From IMG/VR virus record IMGVR_UViG_3300037424_003033, positions 1 through 37,408 of that record: a stretch of 37,408 nucleotides of DNA. One strand, given 5' to 3'. This DNA is from a virus (Duplodnaviria; Caudoviricetes). The position numbers and the translations under genes are program-made. The notes under the pieces were generated by a model. That model saw nothing but the letters and a program-made list of their open reading frames with translations. It ran no database searches and was not told the DNA's origin. Numbering within the stretch: position 1 is the stretch's first letter; each line of letters opens with the position of its first letter. Positions 1 through 8,385 of the stretch are shown here, in pieces.

Positions 1-109
1 ATGTTTTCCCTGTTGTTTTCGTTCGACGTGTACAGCCTAACCAGGGCCAGAAGCCGCCGCCAGGGCACGCTGCAGGCGGTTTTGGAAGGGCGTTTAAAGG
101 GGGTTTCCA

Positions 110-595
110 ATGGCGCGGCGTAACTGGAAAAGGGTGGCCCCGACCAGCCTCCGGCACGCGATGGAACTGTGCCTGGAGTACGGGCGGGAGAAGCGGAACC
201 TGTCGGTGGACCGGGTAGCGGACCTGATGGGGCTGGCCAACAAGTGGGTGATCTACAAGTGGCTGGAGAGCGGCAAGCTGCCGGCCAACCTGATCCGCCC
301 CTTCGAGCACGCCACCGGCGCCACCTTCATGACCCAGTACATCGCCACCAGCGCGCACAAGCTGCTGGTGGATATCCCGACGGGTAAGCCGGCCAAGGAC
401 GACGACGTGCTGGCGCTACAGACGAGCTTCAACGAGTCGGTGAACCTGCTGGCCCGGTTCTATCGGGGCGAGGTGAGCGCCGAGGAGACCAAGGCGGTGC
501 TGGACAAGACGATGGGCGAGATTGCCGGGCACCGGGAGAACGTCAACAAGTCGCTGGCGCCGGAGCTGGGGCTGTTTGAGGAGGGAATGGAATGA
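110..595 (+). CDS. Early phage HTH DNA-binding/regulatory protein
   Basis: 161 aa ORF with HTH-like LSVDRVADLMGLANKWVIYKWLESG; lies just upstream of the transposase. Confidence 0.75.
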   Translation: MARRNWKRVAPTSLRHAMELCLEYGREKRNLSVDRVADLMGLANKWVIYKWLESGKLPANLIRPFEHATGATFMTQYIATSAHKLLVDIPTGKPAKDDDVLALQTSFNESVNLLARFYRGEVSAEETKAVLDKTMGEIAGHRENVNKSLAPELGLFEEGME

Positions 596-996
596 GCGAT
601 ATGGACCCCGCTTGGCGCCTGCTGCGCCGCTTTGTGGAGCGCGAGCGCGAACTGGCCAAGGAGGTTGACCAGGCCGCGCGCGCCGTGGTTGAGGCGTTTT
701 GCTCAGCTTGTCCGCTGCGCGATGCGAAGCCTACCCCTGATCCGGGCCTTCTTCACGACCTCCCTGAATCACTCCACGAAACCAATCCGGCGGCACCACA
801 TGAGCGGTGCGTTCTCCGGTATGCGGAGCGGATGAGAGAAATCGCTGCGGATCGTCGCGAAGCGTCGTCAGCAGCACCAGATAGCGACGGTAGAGGCGGC
901 CGCCATGCCCGTCCCTCTCGGGCTCTGGCATGGCTGACCAAAGCTCTTCGAGTCTTGCGGCTAGTCGCGAGGAATCGATGGAGTCGCTGGACATGA
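592..996 (+). CDS. Hypothetical protein; 3' part overlaps an antisense gene
   Basis: ATGA overlap with the upstream gene and GAGGAGGG SD; most of the ORF overlaps the - strand ORF 731-1105. Confidence 0.35.
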   Translation: MSDMDPAWRLLRRFVERERELAKEVDQAARAVVEAFCSACPLRDAKPTPDPGLLHDLPESLHETNPAAPHERCVLRYAERMREIAADRREASSAAPDSDGRGGRHARPSRALAWLTKALRVLRLVARNRWSRWT

Positions 997-1105
997 GTTC
1001 AAACAACAGGCAATCGATGAGCCGCTCCAGTGGCGCGGTGACCTGCTCCCTGAGCATGTCCATGACGGTTATGACAATGGCTTGTCGGTCTTCTGGTTCA
1101 AGCAT
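731..1105 (-). CDS. Antisense moron-like hypothetical protein (124 aa, MLEPEDRQAIVITV...)
   Basis: ATG at 1105-1103 preceded by AAGGGAGGG SD; extended -10 upstream; plausible helical protein sequence. Confidence 0.65.
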   Translation of the reverse strand: MLEPEDRQAIVITVMDMLREQVTAPLERLIDCLLFELMSSDSIDSSRLAARLEELWSAMPEPERDGHGGRLYRRYLVLLTTLRDDPQRFLSSAPHTGERTAHVVPPDWFRGVIQGGREEGPDQG

Positions 1106-1106
1106 C

Positions 1107-1170
1107 GGGAACCCTCCCTTGGGTGTTGGTTTGTTGGGGAACGGCCATCGTACCAAGGGGTGGGGTTCCC
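1107..1170 (-). promoter_or_regulatory. Extended -10 promoter (TGGTACGAT) within an inverted repeat that covers the SD of the antisense gene
   Basis: Reverse complement of 1147-1155 is TGGTACGAT; IR arms GGGAACCCTCCCTTGG (1107-1122) and CCAAGGGGTGGGGTTCCC (1153-1170). Confidence 0.5.
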
Positions 1171-1189
1171 ACCTATTTGGGGGTGCGGC

Positions 1190-3199
1190 ATGACGGAGCG
1201 CGCCTACACCATCACCGAGATTGCCCAGGCGCTGGGCGTGACCCGCAAGAGCGCCCACATGCGGGCCCAGCGCGAGAGCTGGCCCTTCGAGGAGTCCACC
1301 GGCCGGGGCGGCAAGCGGCGGCTGTTCCCACTGGAGGGGTTGCCGGAAGAGGTTCAGGTGAAGCTGCTCCATGCCTACGGTGAGCCGGAGGCGACGGACG
1401 ACGCCCCTCCGGTGGAGTTGAGCGACGTGCCGGCACAGCGTCAGCGACCGGTCCATAGCGAGGAGGCGATGTCGGCCCGCTGGGAGCGGCTGCGCGACGC
1501 ACAACGGGAGAAGGCCGAGGCCAAGTGCGCGGCCATCCGGGCGGCGGTGGCGGCGCATGAGCGCAGCGGCGTGCCCCTGACCGAGGCGCTGCGCCATGCC
1601 GCCGAGGGTACGCCCTGGAGCTATGCCACCCTGCGGGACGCCTATTACGGCAAGGGGTTAAAGGCCGGACTGGTGGACTACCCGCGCCATCTGTGGGCGC
1701 TGGTGTTGGCGCCTGGGCACCTGGGGCGCGTGGCCACCGCCGAGTGCGACCCGACGGCCTGGGCGGCCTGGAAGGCGGACTACCTGCGCCAGGAGGAGCC
1801 GCCGCTGGAGATGACCTATCGCACCCTGCAACGGATGGCCAATACCCACGGCTGGACCATCCCTGGCAGCCCGAAGTCGCTCAAGCGCCGGCTGGACAAG
1901 GAGATGAGCTACCGGGCGCAGGTGTTCATGCGCAAGGGGCCCCAGGCGTTGGCGCGGATGTTCCCGCCGCAGCGGCGCAACCGCACTGCCCTGCACGCCC
2001 TGGAGCTGGTGAACGCCGACGGCCATACCTTCGATGTGTTCGTGAAGTGGCCAGATGGCGAGATCGGGCGGCCCATCCTGGTGGGTTGGCAGGATATCCG
2101 CTCCGGCAAGATCCTCTCCTGGCGCATCGACAAGACCGAGAACTCCGACGGCTACCGTCTCTCCTTTGCCGACCTGCTGCGCCAGTACGGCATCCCCGGC
2201 GGAGCCATCCTGGACAACGGGCGCGGCGCGGCCAGCAAGATCCTGACCGGCGGCATGTCCACGCGCTTTCGCTTCCCTCGCAAGGAGGAGGAGCCGCACG
2301 GCCTGTTCACCCACCTGCTGGGCGAGGAAAACACTCACTTCGCCAAGCCCTACCACGGCCAGTCCAAACCCATCGAGCGCGCCTTCCGCGACCTGGCCAC
2401 CGACGTGGCGAAGGATAAGCGGCTGGAGGGTGCCTACACCGGCAAGAACCCGCAGGCCAAGCCTGAGAACTACGGCAGCCGGGCGGTGGAACTGGAGCGC
2501 TTCCTGGAGGTTCTGGCCGACGGCATCCGCCAGCACAACGCCCGGCGCGGACGGCGCGGCATGGGGATGGATGGGCGCAGCTTCGACGAGGTGTTCAGCG
2601 AGAGCATGGAGGCGAGCGCCCACCTGATTCAGCGGCCCACCAAGGCCCAGCTGTCCCGCTGGCTGCTGGCGGCGGTGGATATCACGGCCAACAAGCTGAC
2701 CGGGGCGGTAAAGGTCCACGGCAACGAGTACGTCTCCGACGCGCTGACCGAGGCCCTGGCCGGCCGCTCCGCCAAGGAGCGCCGGGTGGTGGTGCGGCTC
2801 GACCCGGAAGACCTGCGCCTGCCGGTGATGGTGGAGACCCTGGACGGGCGACTCATCGGCGAGGCCAAGCTCAACGGCCCGGTGAACTACCTCGACAAGC
2901 AGGCCGCCCGCCAGCGGGCGCGGGACGAGCGGCGCCTGGAGCGCCTGGCCAAAGAGGAGGCGACCATTCACCAGCGGATGGACCGCGCCGAGTACGAGCG
3001 GCTGCTGGATGCCGCCGCCGAGGCGGATCGCGAGGAGCTGGGGCAGGCCGAGCAAGCAGACTCGAAGGTGGTGCGCGGGGCCTTCAAAAAGGAGCGGCGC
3101 GACTACGACGAGGACGGCGACCAGATGGTGGCCAACGGCGACAGCCTGATCCTGGCCGTCGCCGAGCAGTGGCGAAGCAAGAGCATTTTGGAGGATTGA
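1190..3199 (+). CDS. MuA-like DDE transposase (669 aa)
   Basis: N-terminal Mu-type HTH (YTITEIAQALGVTRKSAHMRAQRESW); DDE residues in VNADGHTFD, ILDNGRG, SKPIERAF; ATG 1190 preferred over TTG 1082. Confidence 0.95.
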   Translation: MTERAYTITEIAQALGVTRKSAHMRAQRESWPFEESTGRGGKRRLFPLEGLPEEVQVKLLHAYGEPEATDDAPPVELSDVPAQRQRPVHSEEAMSARWERLRDAQREKAEAKCAAIRAAVAAHERSGVPLTEALRHAAEGTPWSYATLRDAYYGKGLKAGLVDYPRHLWALVLAPGHLGRVATAECDPTAWAAWKADYLRQEEPPLEMTYRTLQRMANTHGWTIPGSPKSLKRRLDKEMSYRAQVFMRKGPQALARMFPPQRRNRTALHALELVNADGHTFDVFVKWPDGEIGRPILVGWQDIRSGKILSWRIDKTENSDGYRLSFADLLRQYGIPGGAILDNGRGAASKILTGGMSTRFRFPRKEEEPHGLFTHLLGEENTHFAKPYHGQSKPIERAFRDLATDVAKDKRLEGAYTGKNPQAKPENYGSRAVELERFLEVLADGIRQHNARRGRRGMGMDGRSFDEVFSESMEASAHLIQRPTKAQLSRWLLAAVDITANKLTGAVKVHGNEYVSDALTEALAGRSAKERRVVVRLDPEDLRLPVMVETLDGRLIGEAKLNGPVNYLDKQAARQRARDERRLERLAKEEATIHQRMDRAEYERLLDAAAEADREELGQAEQADSKVVRGAFKKERRDYDEDGDQMVANGDSLILAVAEQWRSKSILED

Positions 3200-3200
3200 C

Positions 3201-3482
3201 ATGCAACAGAGCGAGATCCGCGACCGCATCAACGCGACGGTCGATGAGTGCGAATGGATTGTGGATACGCGCCGCCGGTGGCTGGAGGGGCTGGAAGCCG
3301 GGAAGTATTCCGAGCGCCTGCTGCAGGCCGGGGTGAGCAAGCGGGAGCTGATGGCCGCCTACCGGGCCGAGCTGGAGACCGCGCAACGAGTGATTGACGA
3401 CCTGGAGCCCATTTGTCGGGCGATGGGTTGGGAGAAGCCCGGCGGGGCGGCCACCCCGCCGGACGGTGGAAGCGCTGCATAG
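3201..3482 (+). CDS. Hypothetical protein between A and B
   Basis: GGAGG SD inside the end of the A gene; 93 aa helical ORF. Confidence 0.7.
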   Translation: MQQSEIRDRINATVDECEWIVDTRRRWLEGLEAGKYSERLLQAGVSKRELMAAYRAELETAQRVIDDLEPICRAMGWEKPGGAATPPDGGSAA

Positions 3483-3517
3483 GGCAGCACAACAACAACG
3501 ACCAGGGAGTATAGCAA

Positions 3518-4474
3518 ATGAGTGAAGCATCCGTAATCGCCCTTCACGGGCTCGAAGAAGAACAGACCCTGCGCGACCGCGTGCGGGTGGAAATGGAGAC
3601 CGGCGGCCTGTCCCAGGGCAAGGCGGCCACCGAGATCGGGATCTCCAGCACCGCCCTGTCGCAATGGCTGGCGGAGAAGTACCCCGGCGACATCCCGACC
3701 CTGGAGCGCAAGGTCGCCCGCTGGCTCGACTCGCGCACCGAGCGGGCCAAGCTGGCCGCCACCCTGCCGACCGCGCCGGCCTACGTGGAGCTGCCCACCT
3801 CGCGGCGTATCGCCGCCGGGCTCTCCTACGCCCAGATGGCCGGGGATATCACCGTCATCTACGGCGGGGCCGGCATCAGCAAGACCACCACCGCCAAGGA
3901 GTACGCGGCGGGCCATCCCAATGTGTGGCTGGCCACCATGACCGCCAGCACCAACACCCTCGGCCCCTGCCTGGAGCGGGTGGCGCTGGCCTGCGGGCTG
4001 CGCCCCACCAACACCCGCGCCGCCCGCATCGAGGCCGACCTGGTGGAGCGGCTGGAGGATACCAACGGCCTGCTGATCATCGACGAGGCCCAGCACCTCA
4101 ACACCCGCGCCATCGAGGCCCTGCGCGGCCTGCACGACGCCACCGGCGTGGGGCTCGCCATCATGGGCAACGAGCTGGTCTATGCCCGCATCACCGGCGG
4201 CCGCCGCTCGGCCGAGTTCGCCCAGCTGTTCAGCCGCATCGGCAAGCGGGTGCGGCTGAACCGGCCCACCCAGGCCGACGTGGACGCCCTGCTCTCGGCC
4301 TGGTCCGTCAGCGGCCGGGAGGAGCGCGAAGCCGTGCTCGAGATCGCCCGGCGCCCCGGCGCCCTGCGCGGGGTCACCAAGGCGCTGCGCCTGGCCTCCC
4401 TGTTCGCCCAGGGCGAGAAGGTGCAGCTGCGCCACATCCGCGCCGCCTGGCGTGACCTCGGGGGTGAGGGATGA
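3518..4474 (+). CDS. MuB-like AAA+ transposition ATPase
   Basis: N-terminal HTH, Walker A variant GGAGISKT, Walker B LLIIDEAQHL, AQLFSRIG arginine-finger region; follows the transposase. Confidence 0.93.
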   Translation: MSEASVIALHGLEEEQTLRDRVRVEMETGGLSQGKAATEIGISSTALSQWLAEKYPGDIPTLERKVARWLDSRTERAKLAATLPTAPAYVELPTSRRIAAGLSYAQMAGDITVIYGGAGISKTTTAKEYAAGHPNVWLATMTASTNTLGPCLERVALACGLRPTNTRAARIEADLVERLEDTNGLLIIDEAQHLNTRAIEALRGLHDATGVGLAIMGNELVYARITGGRRSAEFAQLFSRIGKRVRLNRPTQADVDALLSAWSVSGREEREAVLEIARRPGALRGVTKALRLASLFAQGEKVQLRHIRAAWRDLGGEG

Positions 4475-4779
4475 GCGCCGTCATGCCGCTGCGCGGCCGC
4501 GAGGCCCGCAACGCCCAGAACGACCACATCCTGGCGGTGCAGGTGACCGCCCGCCAAGGCGTGGCCGCCCTGGTGCGCGAGGGCTTCACCGTGCTGCGCA
4601 TCGAGCTGGAGGGTGCCAAGCCGCTGGTGGTGATCCAGGCCTGCCCGCGCTGCGAGCGCCTGGGCGGCAGCTGGCACCGCCGCGAGCACGGCGCCGAGGG
4701 GTGCCTGTTCCACTGGCAGGCCGACGCCCACGGCTGCCGGGTGCAGTGGCTGACCCGCACCGACCGGGCCGGCGGATAA
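4471..4779 (+). CDS. Hypothetical phage protein
   Basis: ATGA-coupled to B; 102 aa. Confidence 0.75.
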   Translation: MSAVMPLRGREARNAQNDHILAVQVTARQGVAALVREGFTVLRIELEGAKPLVVIQACPRCERLGGSWHRREHGAEGCLFHWQADAHGCRVQWLTRTDRAGG

Positions 4780-4795
4780 CCGAGGGGGAGGAGCG

Positions 4796-5263
4796 ATGAA
4801 AGAGCTACGCGAGGAGATCCTGGCCATCCTGGCCGACGGACCCCAGCCCAGGGCGGCGATCATGCGCCGCTCCGAGCTGGCCACCGACAGCAAGCAGGTG
4901 AGCAACACCCTCTATCAGCTCAAGGCCAAGGGGGTGATCGGGCGCGACGCCGAGGGCAACTACCACCTGGCGCAGGGGGGGGGATCTGCTCCGCCCGCCG
5001 CCGCCCCGGAGGCTCCGGCGCCAGCATCGGCCAAGAGCGCCACCAGGCCCAAGGCCGAAAAGCCAAAGGCCGAGCGGCCCAAGCCGGCCCGCCCGGACGG
5101 CGGCCGCCTGCTCACCCTCCTGGAGCGCAACGCCAGCGACACCCGCACCGCCCTGGAGCGCTACATCGAGGGGCTGGGCGATCCGGTGCTGGAGCAGCTG
5201 CTGGCCAGCGCCGGCAGCGCCGCCGAGGCCCTGGCCAGCTACCGCGGGAGGGCCGAGGCGTGA
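4796..5263 (+). CDS. Winged-helix protein with Ala/Pro/Lys linker
   Basis: GAGGAG SD; wHTH-like KQVSNTLYQLKAKGVIGRDAEGNYHL. Confidence 0.75.
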   Translation: MKELREEILAILADGPQPRAAIMRRSELATDSKQVSNTLYQLKAKGVIGRDAEGNYHLAQGGGSAPPAAAPEAPAPASAKSATRPKAEKPKAERPKPARPDGGRLLTLLERNASDTRTALERYIEGLGDPVLEQLLASAGSAAEALASYRGRAEA

Positions 5264-5475
5264 GCGAGAGCATTGGAGTCTGTGAGGGGTTGTGCGGCGG
5301 CCTGGTGTCGCACCACCTGGAGGGCGGGCTGTGCCCGCAGTGTCGCGCCAACCCCAACATCCGCGGGGATGGTGTTGACCAGTACGACGGCCAGCCCCTC
5401 GGGGCCGAGGCGGACGTGCGGCACGCCGTGGTCTACGGCACGCCCGCGCTGCGCCTGGCCGTGCTGGGCAAGTAA
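5260..5475 (+). CDS. Small Cys-rich hypothetical protein
   Basis: GTGA overlap; CEGLC...CPQC possible zinc site. Confidence 0.6.
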   Translation: MSESIGVCEGLCGGLVSHHLEGGLCPQCRANPNIRGDGVDQYDGQPLGAEADVRHAVVYGTPALRLAVLGK

Positions 5476-5489
5476 TAGGAGCTAGAGCC

Positions 5490-5828
5490 ATGTTCGGGAA
5501 GGAAGACGTGTTAAAGGCCCTGCGCGGCCACATCGGCCGCGACAACGGCCAGCGGGCCGACCTGCTGGTGATGGAGATCACCGGCTCCACACAGCGCGAC
5601 CTGGTGGGCGAGCGGCGGCTGCGCTCGCTCATCACCGAGCTGCGCCTGGAGGGGCATCACGTCTGCGCCCACCCGACCACCGGCTACTTCATCGCCGCCA
5701 GCGAAGAGGAGCTGAACCAAACCTGCGTGTTCCTGTACGAGCGGGCGATGGCCTCGCTCTGCCAGGTGGCGCGCATGCGCAACGTCAGCCTGCCGGACTT
5801 GGCGGGCCAACTGAGAATCGACCTTTAA
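5490..5828 (+). CDS. Conserved phage HTH protein
   Basis: AGGAG SD; ERRLRSLITELRLEGHHVCAHPTTGYF winged-helix pattern. Confidence 0.8.
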   Translation: MFGKEDVLKALRGHIGRDNGQRADLLVMEITGSTQRDLVGERRLRSLITELRLEGHHVCAHPTTGYFIAASEEELNQTCVFLYERAMASLCQVARMRNVSLPDLAGQLRIDL

Positions 5829-5842
5829 GGAGGCAACAACCC

Positions 5843-6460
5843 ATGAACGACCAAACCATCCCTGACGGGTACATGCGCAACGCCGCCGGCCACCTGGTGC
5901 CGGTGGAGCAGGTGCGCGAACACGACAAGCTGCGCGACCAGGTGGCCCGCGAGCTGGCCCAGGAGGCCGAGGAGCTGAACGCCCGGCTCAAGGCCTTCAA
6001 GGCCAAGGCCCTGGGTGATATCGCCGACCTGGTGAGCCTCGCCGCCCAGCGCTACGAGGTCCACCTCGGCGGCAAGAAGGGCAACGTGACCGCCGCCACC
6101 TACGACGGCGAATACAAGGTCCAGCGCTCCTACGCCGAGCGGGTCACCTTCACCGAGGAGCTGGAGGCCGCCAAGGCACTGGTGAACGACTGCATCATGC
6201 GCTGGAGCGAGGGCGCCAACGCCAACATCCGCGCCCTGGTGGACCGCGCCTTCCGCACCGACAGCAAGGGGCAGATCAAGACCTCCGCCATCCTGGAGCT
6301 GCTGCGCCTCGACATCGAGGACGACGAGTGGCAGCGGGCGATGGAGGCCCTGAAAGACTCCATCCAGACCGCCGGCACCGCGGTGTATATCCGCGTCTAC
6401 AAGCGGGTAGGCGACTCCGACCAGTATCAGGCCGTGCCGCTCGACCTGGCGGCGGTGTGA
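5843..6460 (+). CDS. DUF3164-family phage protein
   Basis: AAGGAGG SD; IPDGYMRNAAGHLVP, GGKKGNVT, YIRVYKR...VPLDLAAV typical of this Mu-like family. Confidence 0.88.
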   Translation: MNDQTIPDGYMRNAAGHLVPVEQVREHDKLRDQVARELAQEAEELNARLKAFKAKALGDIADLVSLAAQRYEVHLGGKKGNVTAATYDGEYKVQRSYAERVTFTEELEAAKALVNDCIMRWSEGANANIRALVDRAFRTDSKGQIKTSAILELLRLDIEDDEWQRAMEALKDSIQTAGTAVYIRVYKRVGDSDQYQAVPLDLAAV

Positions 6461-6463
6461 GCC

Positions 6464-6658
6464 ATGAAGCTGCAAATCAACACCAAGGGCAGCTGGCGGG
6501 GTGTGCTCAGCTACGACGAGACCGACGACGAGCGGGTGCGCTGGCATGCGGCGCACCTCGCCAGCATCGGCGGCGGCAAGCTGCGCGTACTCAAAGACGA
6601 CGGCAGCCCGGCGGCGCACTGGAGCGCAACCGAAGGCTGGCGGGAGTGGAACAGATAA
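6464..6658 (+). CDS. Hypothetical protein
   Basis: 64 aa ORF 3 nt after DUF3164, consistent codon usage. Confidence 0.65.
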   Translation: MKLQINTKGSWRGVLSYDETDDERVRWHAAHLASIGGGKLRVLKDDGSPAAHWSATEGWREWNR

Positions 6659-6660
6659 AC

Positions 6661-6721
6661 CGCGAAACACCCCGCACGGGGTGTCGGTCAGGGGTGGCGC
6701 CCTGGTCCTGATGAGCAGCCA
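6661..6721 (+). ncRNA. Type II hammerhead ribozyme
   Basis: GAAA 6664-6667; stem III 6667-6674/6677-6684; GUC cleavage triplet 6683-6685; stem I 6686-6693/6700-6707; CUGAUGA 6708-6714; 2-bp stem II; pseudoknot UGGC 6695-6698 with GCCA 6718-6721. Confidence 0.85.
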
Positions 6722-6835
6722 GCCCCTCGCGTGTCGCCAGTCTGCGGACGGCGTAATCGCCCAGGGGTGCGACACCTGCCCAGTGGTGTGACAGCCGGGA
6801 GAGACCGGCCCTGATTCGTTACCGGGAGGAACGCC

Positions 6836-7372
6836 ATGCGACAAGTAGTACTGGACACCGAAACCACCGGCCTGGAACCGGCAGAGGGGCACCGCATCAT
6901 CGAGATCGGCGCCGTCGAGCTGCTGGGCGGCCAGCCCACCGGCGAAGAGCTGCGCCTGCTGCTCGACCCGGAGCGGGAGATGGACGCCGACGCCGTGGCC
7001 GTGCATGGCTACCAGTCCGAAGACCTGGCCGGCCGCCCCCGCTTCCGTGACGTGGCCGAGCCCGTGATCGAGTTCCTGCGCGATGCCGAGGTGCTGATCC
7101 ACTTCGCCGAGTTCGACCTGGGATTCATCAACCGGGAGCTGGCCCTGCTCGGCCCCGGCTGGGGCGAGCTGACCGACTACTGCCGCGTGACCTGCACCCG
7201 CGAGCTGGCCATCGGCTTCCTGCTCGAGCTGGCAAGCCACCGCCTGGACGCCCTCTGCGACCACTACGGCATCGACCGCAGTCACCGCGAGCGCCACGGC
7301 GCCCTCATCGACGCCCGCCTGCTGGCGGCGGTCTATGCGGCCATGTGTGCCGGCAAGGGGGTGGCGGCATGA
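6836..7372 (+). CDS. dnaQ: DnaQ (DNA Pol III epsilon)-like DEDDh 3'-5' exonuclease
   Basis: ExoI VVLDTETTG, ExoII HFAEFD, ExoIII HGALIDA, SLDAL-like RLDALCDHYGID; GGGAGG SD. Confidence 0.9.
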   Translation: MRQVVLDTETTGLEPAEGHRIIEIGAVELLGGQPTGEELRLLLDPEREMDADAVAVHGYQSEDLAGRPRFRDVAEPVIEFLRDAEVLIHFAEFDLGFINRELALLGPGWGELTDYCRVTCTRELAIGFLLELASHRLDALCDHYGIDRSHRERHGALIDARLLAAVYAAMCAGKGVAA

Positions 7373-7599
7373 GTGACCCGAAGCCCATCACCGTGGACGA
7401 GTGCCTGCGCCTGCTCCAGGCGATGGCCGAGGACCTGCGCGAGTACGCCGACGCGGCCCGCGAGGCCGGGGACAACATCGAGGCCACCGAGCAGCTGCTG
7501 GCCGACTACGACGCACTGTTCAAGCGCTCGCCAGGCTACTGGCTGAACGCCATGCGCGAAGCCGACGCCGAACCGCTGACCGCGCTGGAGGATTTGTGA
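7369..7599 (+). CDS. Hypothetical protein
   Basis: ATGA overlap with dnaQ; MSDPKPITVDEC... Confidence 0.7.
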   Translation: MSDPKPITVDECLRLLQAMAEDLREYADAAREAGDNIEATEQLLADYDALFKRSPGYWLNAMREADAEPLTALEDL

Positions 7600-7997
7600 T
7601 GGCCGACAAATGGAAACAGTTGGAAGAGGCCCTGTCCGGCGTGTTCGGGTTCGCCAAGGCCCGCGCCGGCGGCCATGAGGTGAGCATGCAGAAGAAGCTG
7701 AGCGGCGAGAAGCTGGTGATTGAGGTCTACGTGGACGGCTGGTTTAAGGGTGAATGGACCAAGGCCGAGAACGGCGAGCCGGTCCACCCCGAGGCGCGTT
7801 TCTATCGCCCGATGCGTTCTCGCCTCTATCCGCTCAAGAAGCATGCCGCGCTCAAGAAGGTGTTCGGCAAGAAGAAGGCCGACGAAATGACGGCCATGCG
7901 GACCTTCGCCTTCATGCCCTCCTGGAACAGCCCCCGCTCCCTGGTGCGGCACTTGAAAAAGCACTTCCCGGATCTGGAGCTGTTGTCCAATGACTGA
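7599..7997 (+). CDS. Hypothetical Lys-rich phage protein
   Basis: TGATG overlap, GGAGG SD; MADKWKQLEEAL... 132 aa. Confidence 0.75.
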   Translation: MADKWKQLEEALSGVFGFAKARAGGHEVSMQKKLSGEKLVIEVYVDGWFKGEWTKAENGEPVHPEARFYRPMRSRLYPLKKHAALKKVFGKKKADEMTAMRTFAFMPSWNSPRSLVRHLKKHFPDLELLSND

Positions 7998-8385
7998 CCA
8001 ACGCCGCGCCGACCTCGCCAAGATCCACCTGGCCAAGAAACAGCTGGGACTGGAGGATGACGCCTACCGCGATCTGTTGTGGGTGGTGGCCCGCGTGCGC
8101 TCCGCCTCCGACCTGGACGAGTTCGGCCGCAAGAAGGTGCTGGCGCACCTGCGCAAGTGCGGCGCCAAGTTTCACCAGAAGGGCCGCCCCAAGGCGGGCG
8201 GCGACAAGGCTCCGCTGCTGCGCAAGGTGTACGCCCTGCTCGGCGACCGCCCGGCCGGCTACGCCGAGGGCATCCTGCGGCGCATGTTCGGCGAGGCCGC
8301 CCCGGCCAAGCTGGAGTGGGCCAGCCCCGAGCAGCTGCGCAAGGTGGTGGCAGCGCTGAACTACGACAAGCGGAGGCGCACATGA
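7990..8385 (+). CDS. gemA: GemA / Mu gp16 (DUF1018) family protein
   Basis: LAKIHLAKKQLGLEDDAYRDLL...SASDL signature and position. Confidence 0.88.
   Translation: MTDQRRADLAKIHLAKKQLGLEDDAYRDLLWVVARVRSASDLDEFGRKKVLAHLRKCGAKFHQKGRPKAGGDKAPLLRKVYALLGDRPAGYAEGILRRMFGEAAPAKLEWASPEQLRKVVAALNYDKRRRT

Noticed and set aside
1-123. 40-codon ORF starting at base 1
   Set aside because: No recognisable motif, upstream context not visible, overlaps the next gene start; likely non-coding leader
1082-1189. TTG-started extension of the transposase
   Set aside because: Overlaps the antisense gene start and its promoter; the Mu HTH begins at ATG 1190
1658-7297. Long - strand ORFs (1658-3340, 3359-4435, 5825-7297), and likewise 14329-15711, 22247-24121, 28964-31519, 32192-33367
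   Set aside because: Shadow frames of high-GC genes opposite well-supported + strand genes; no motifs
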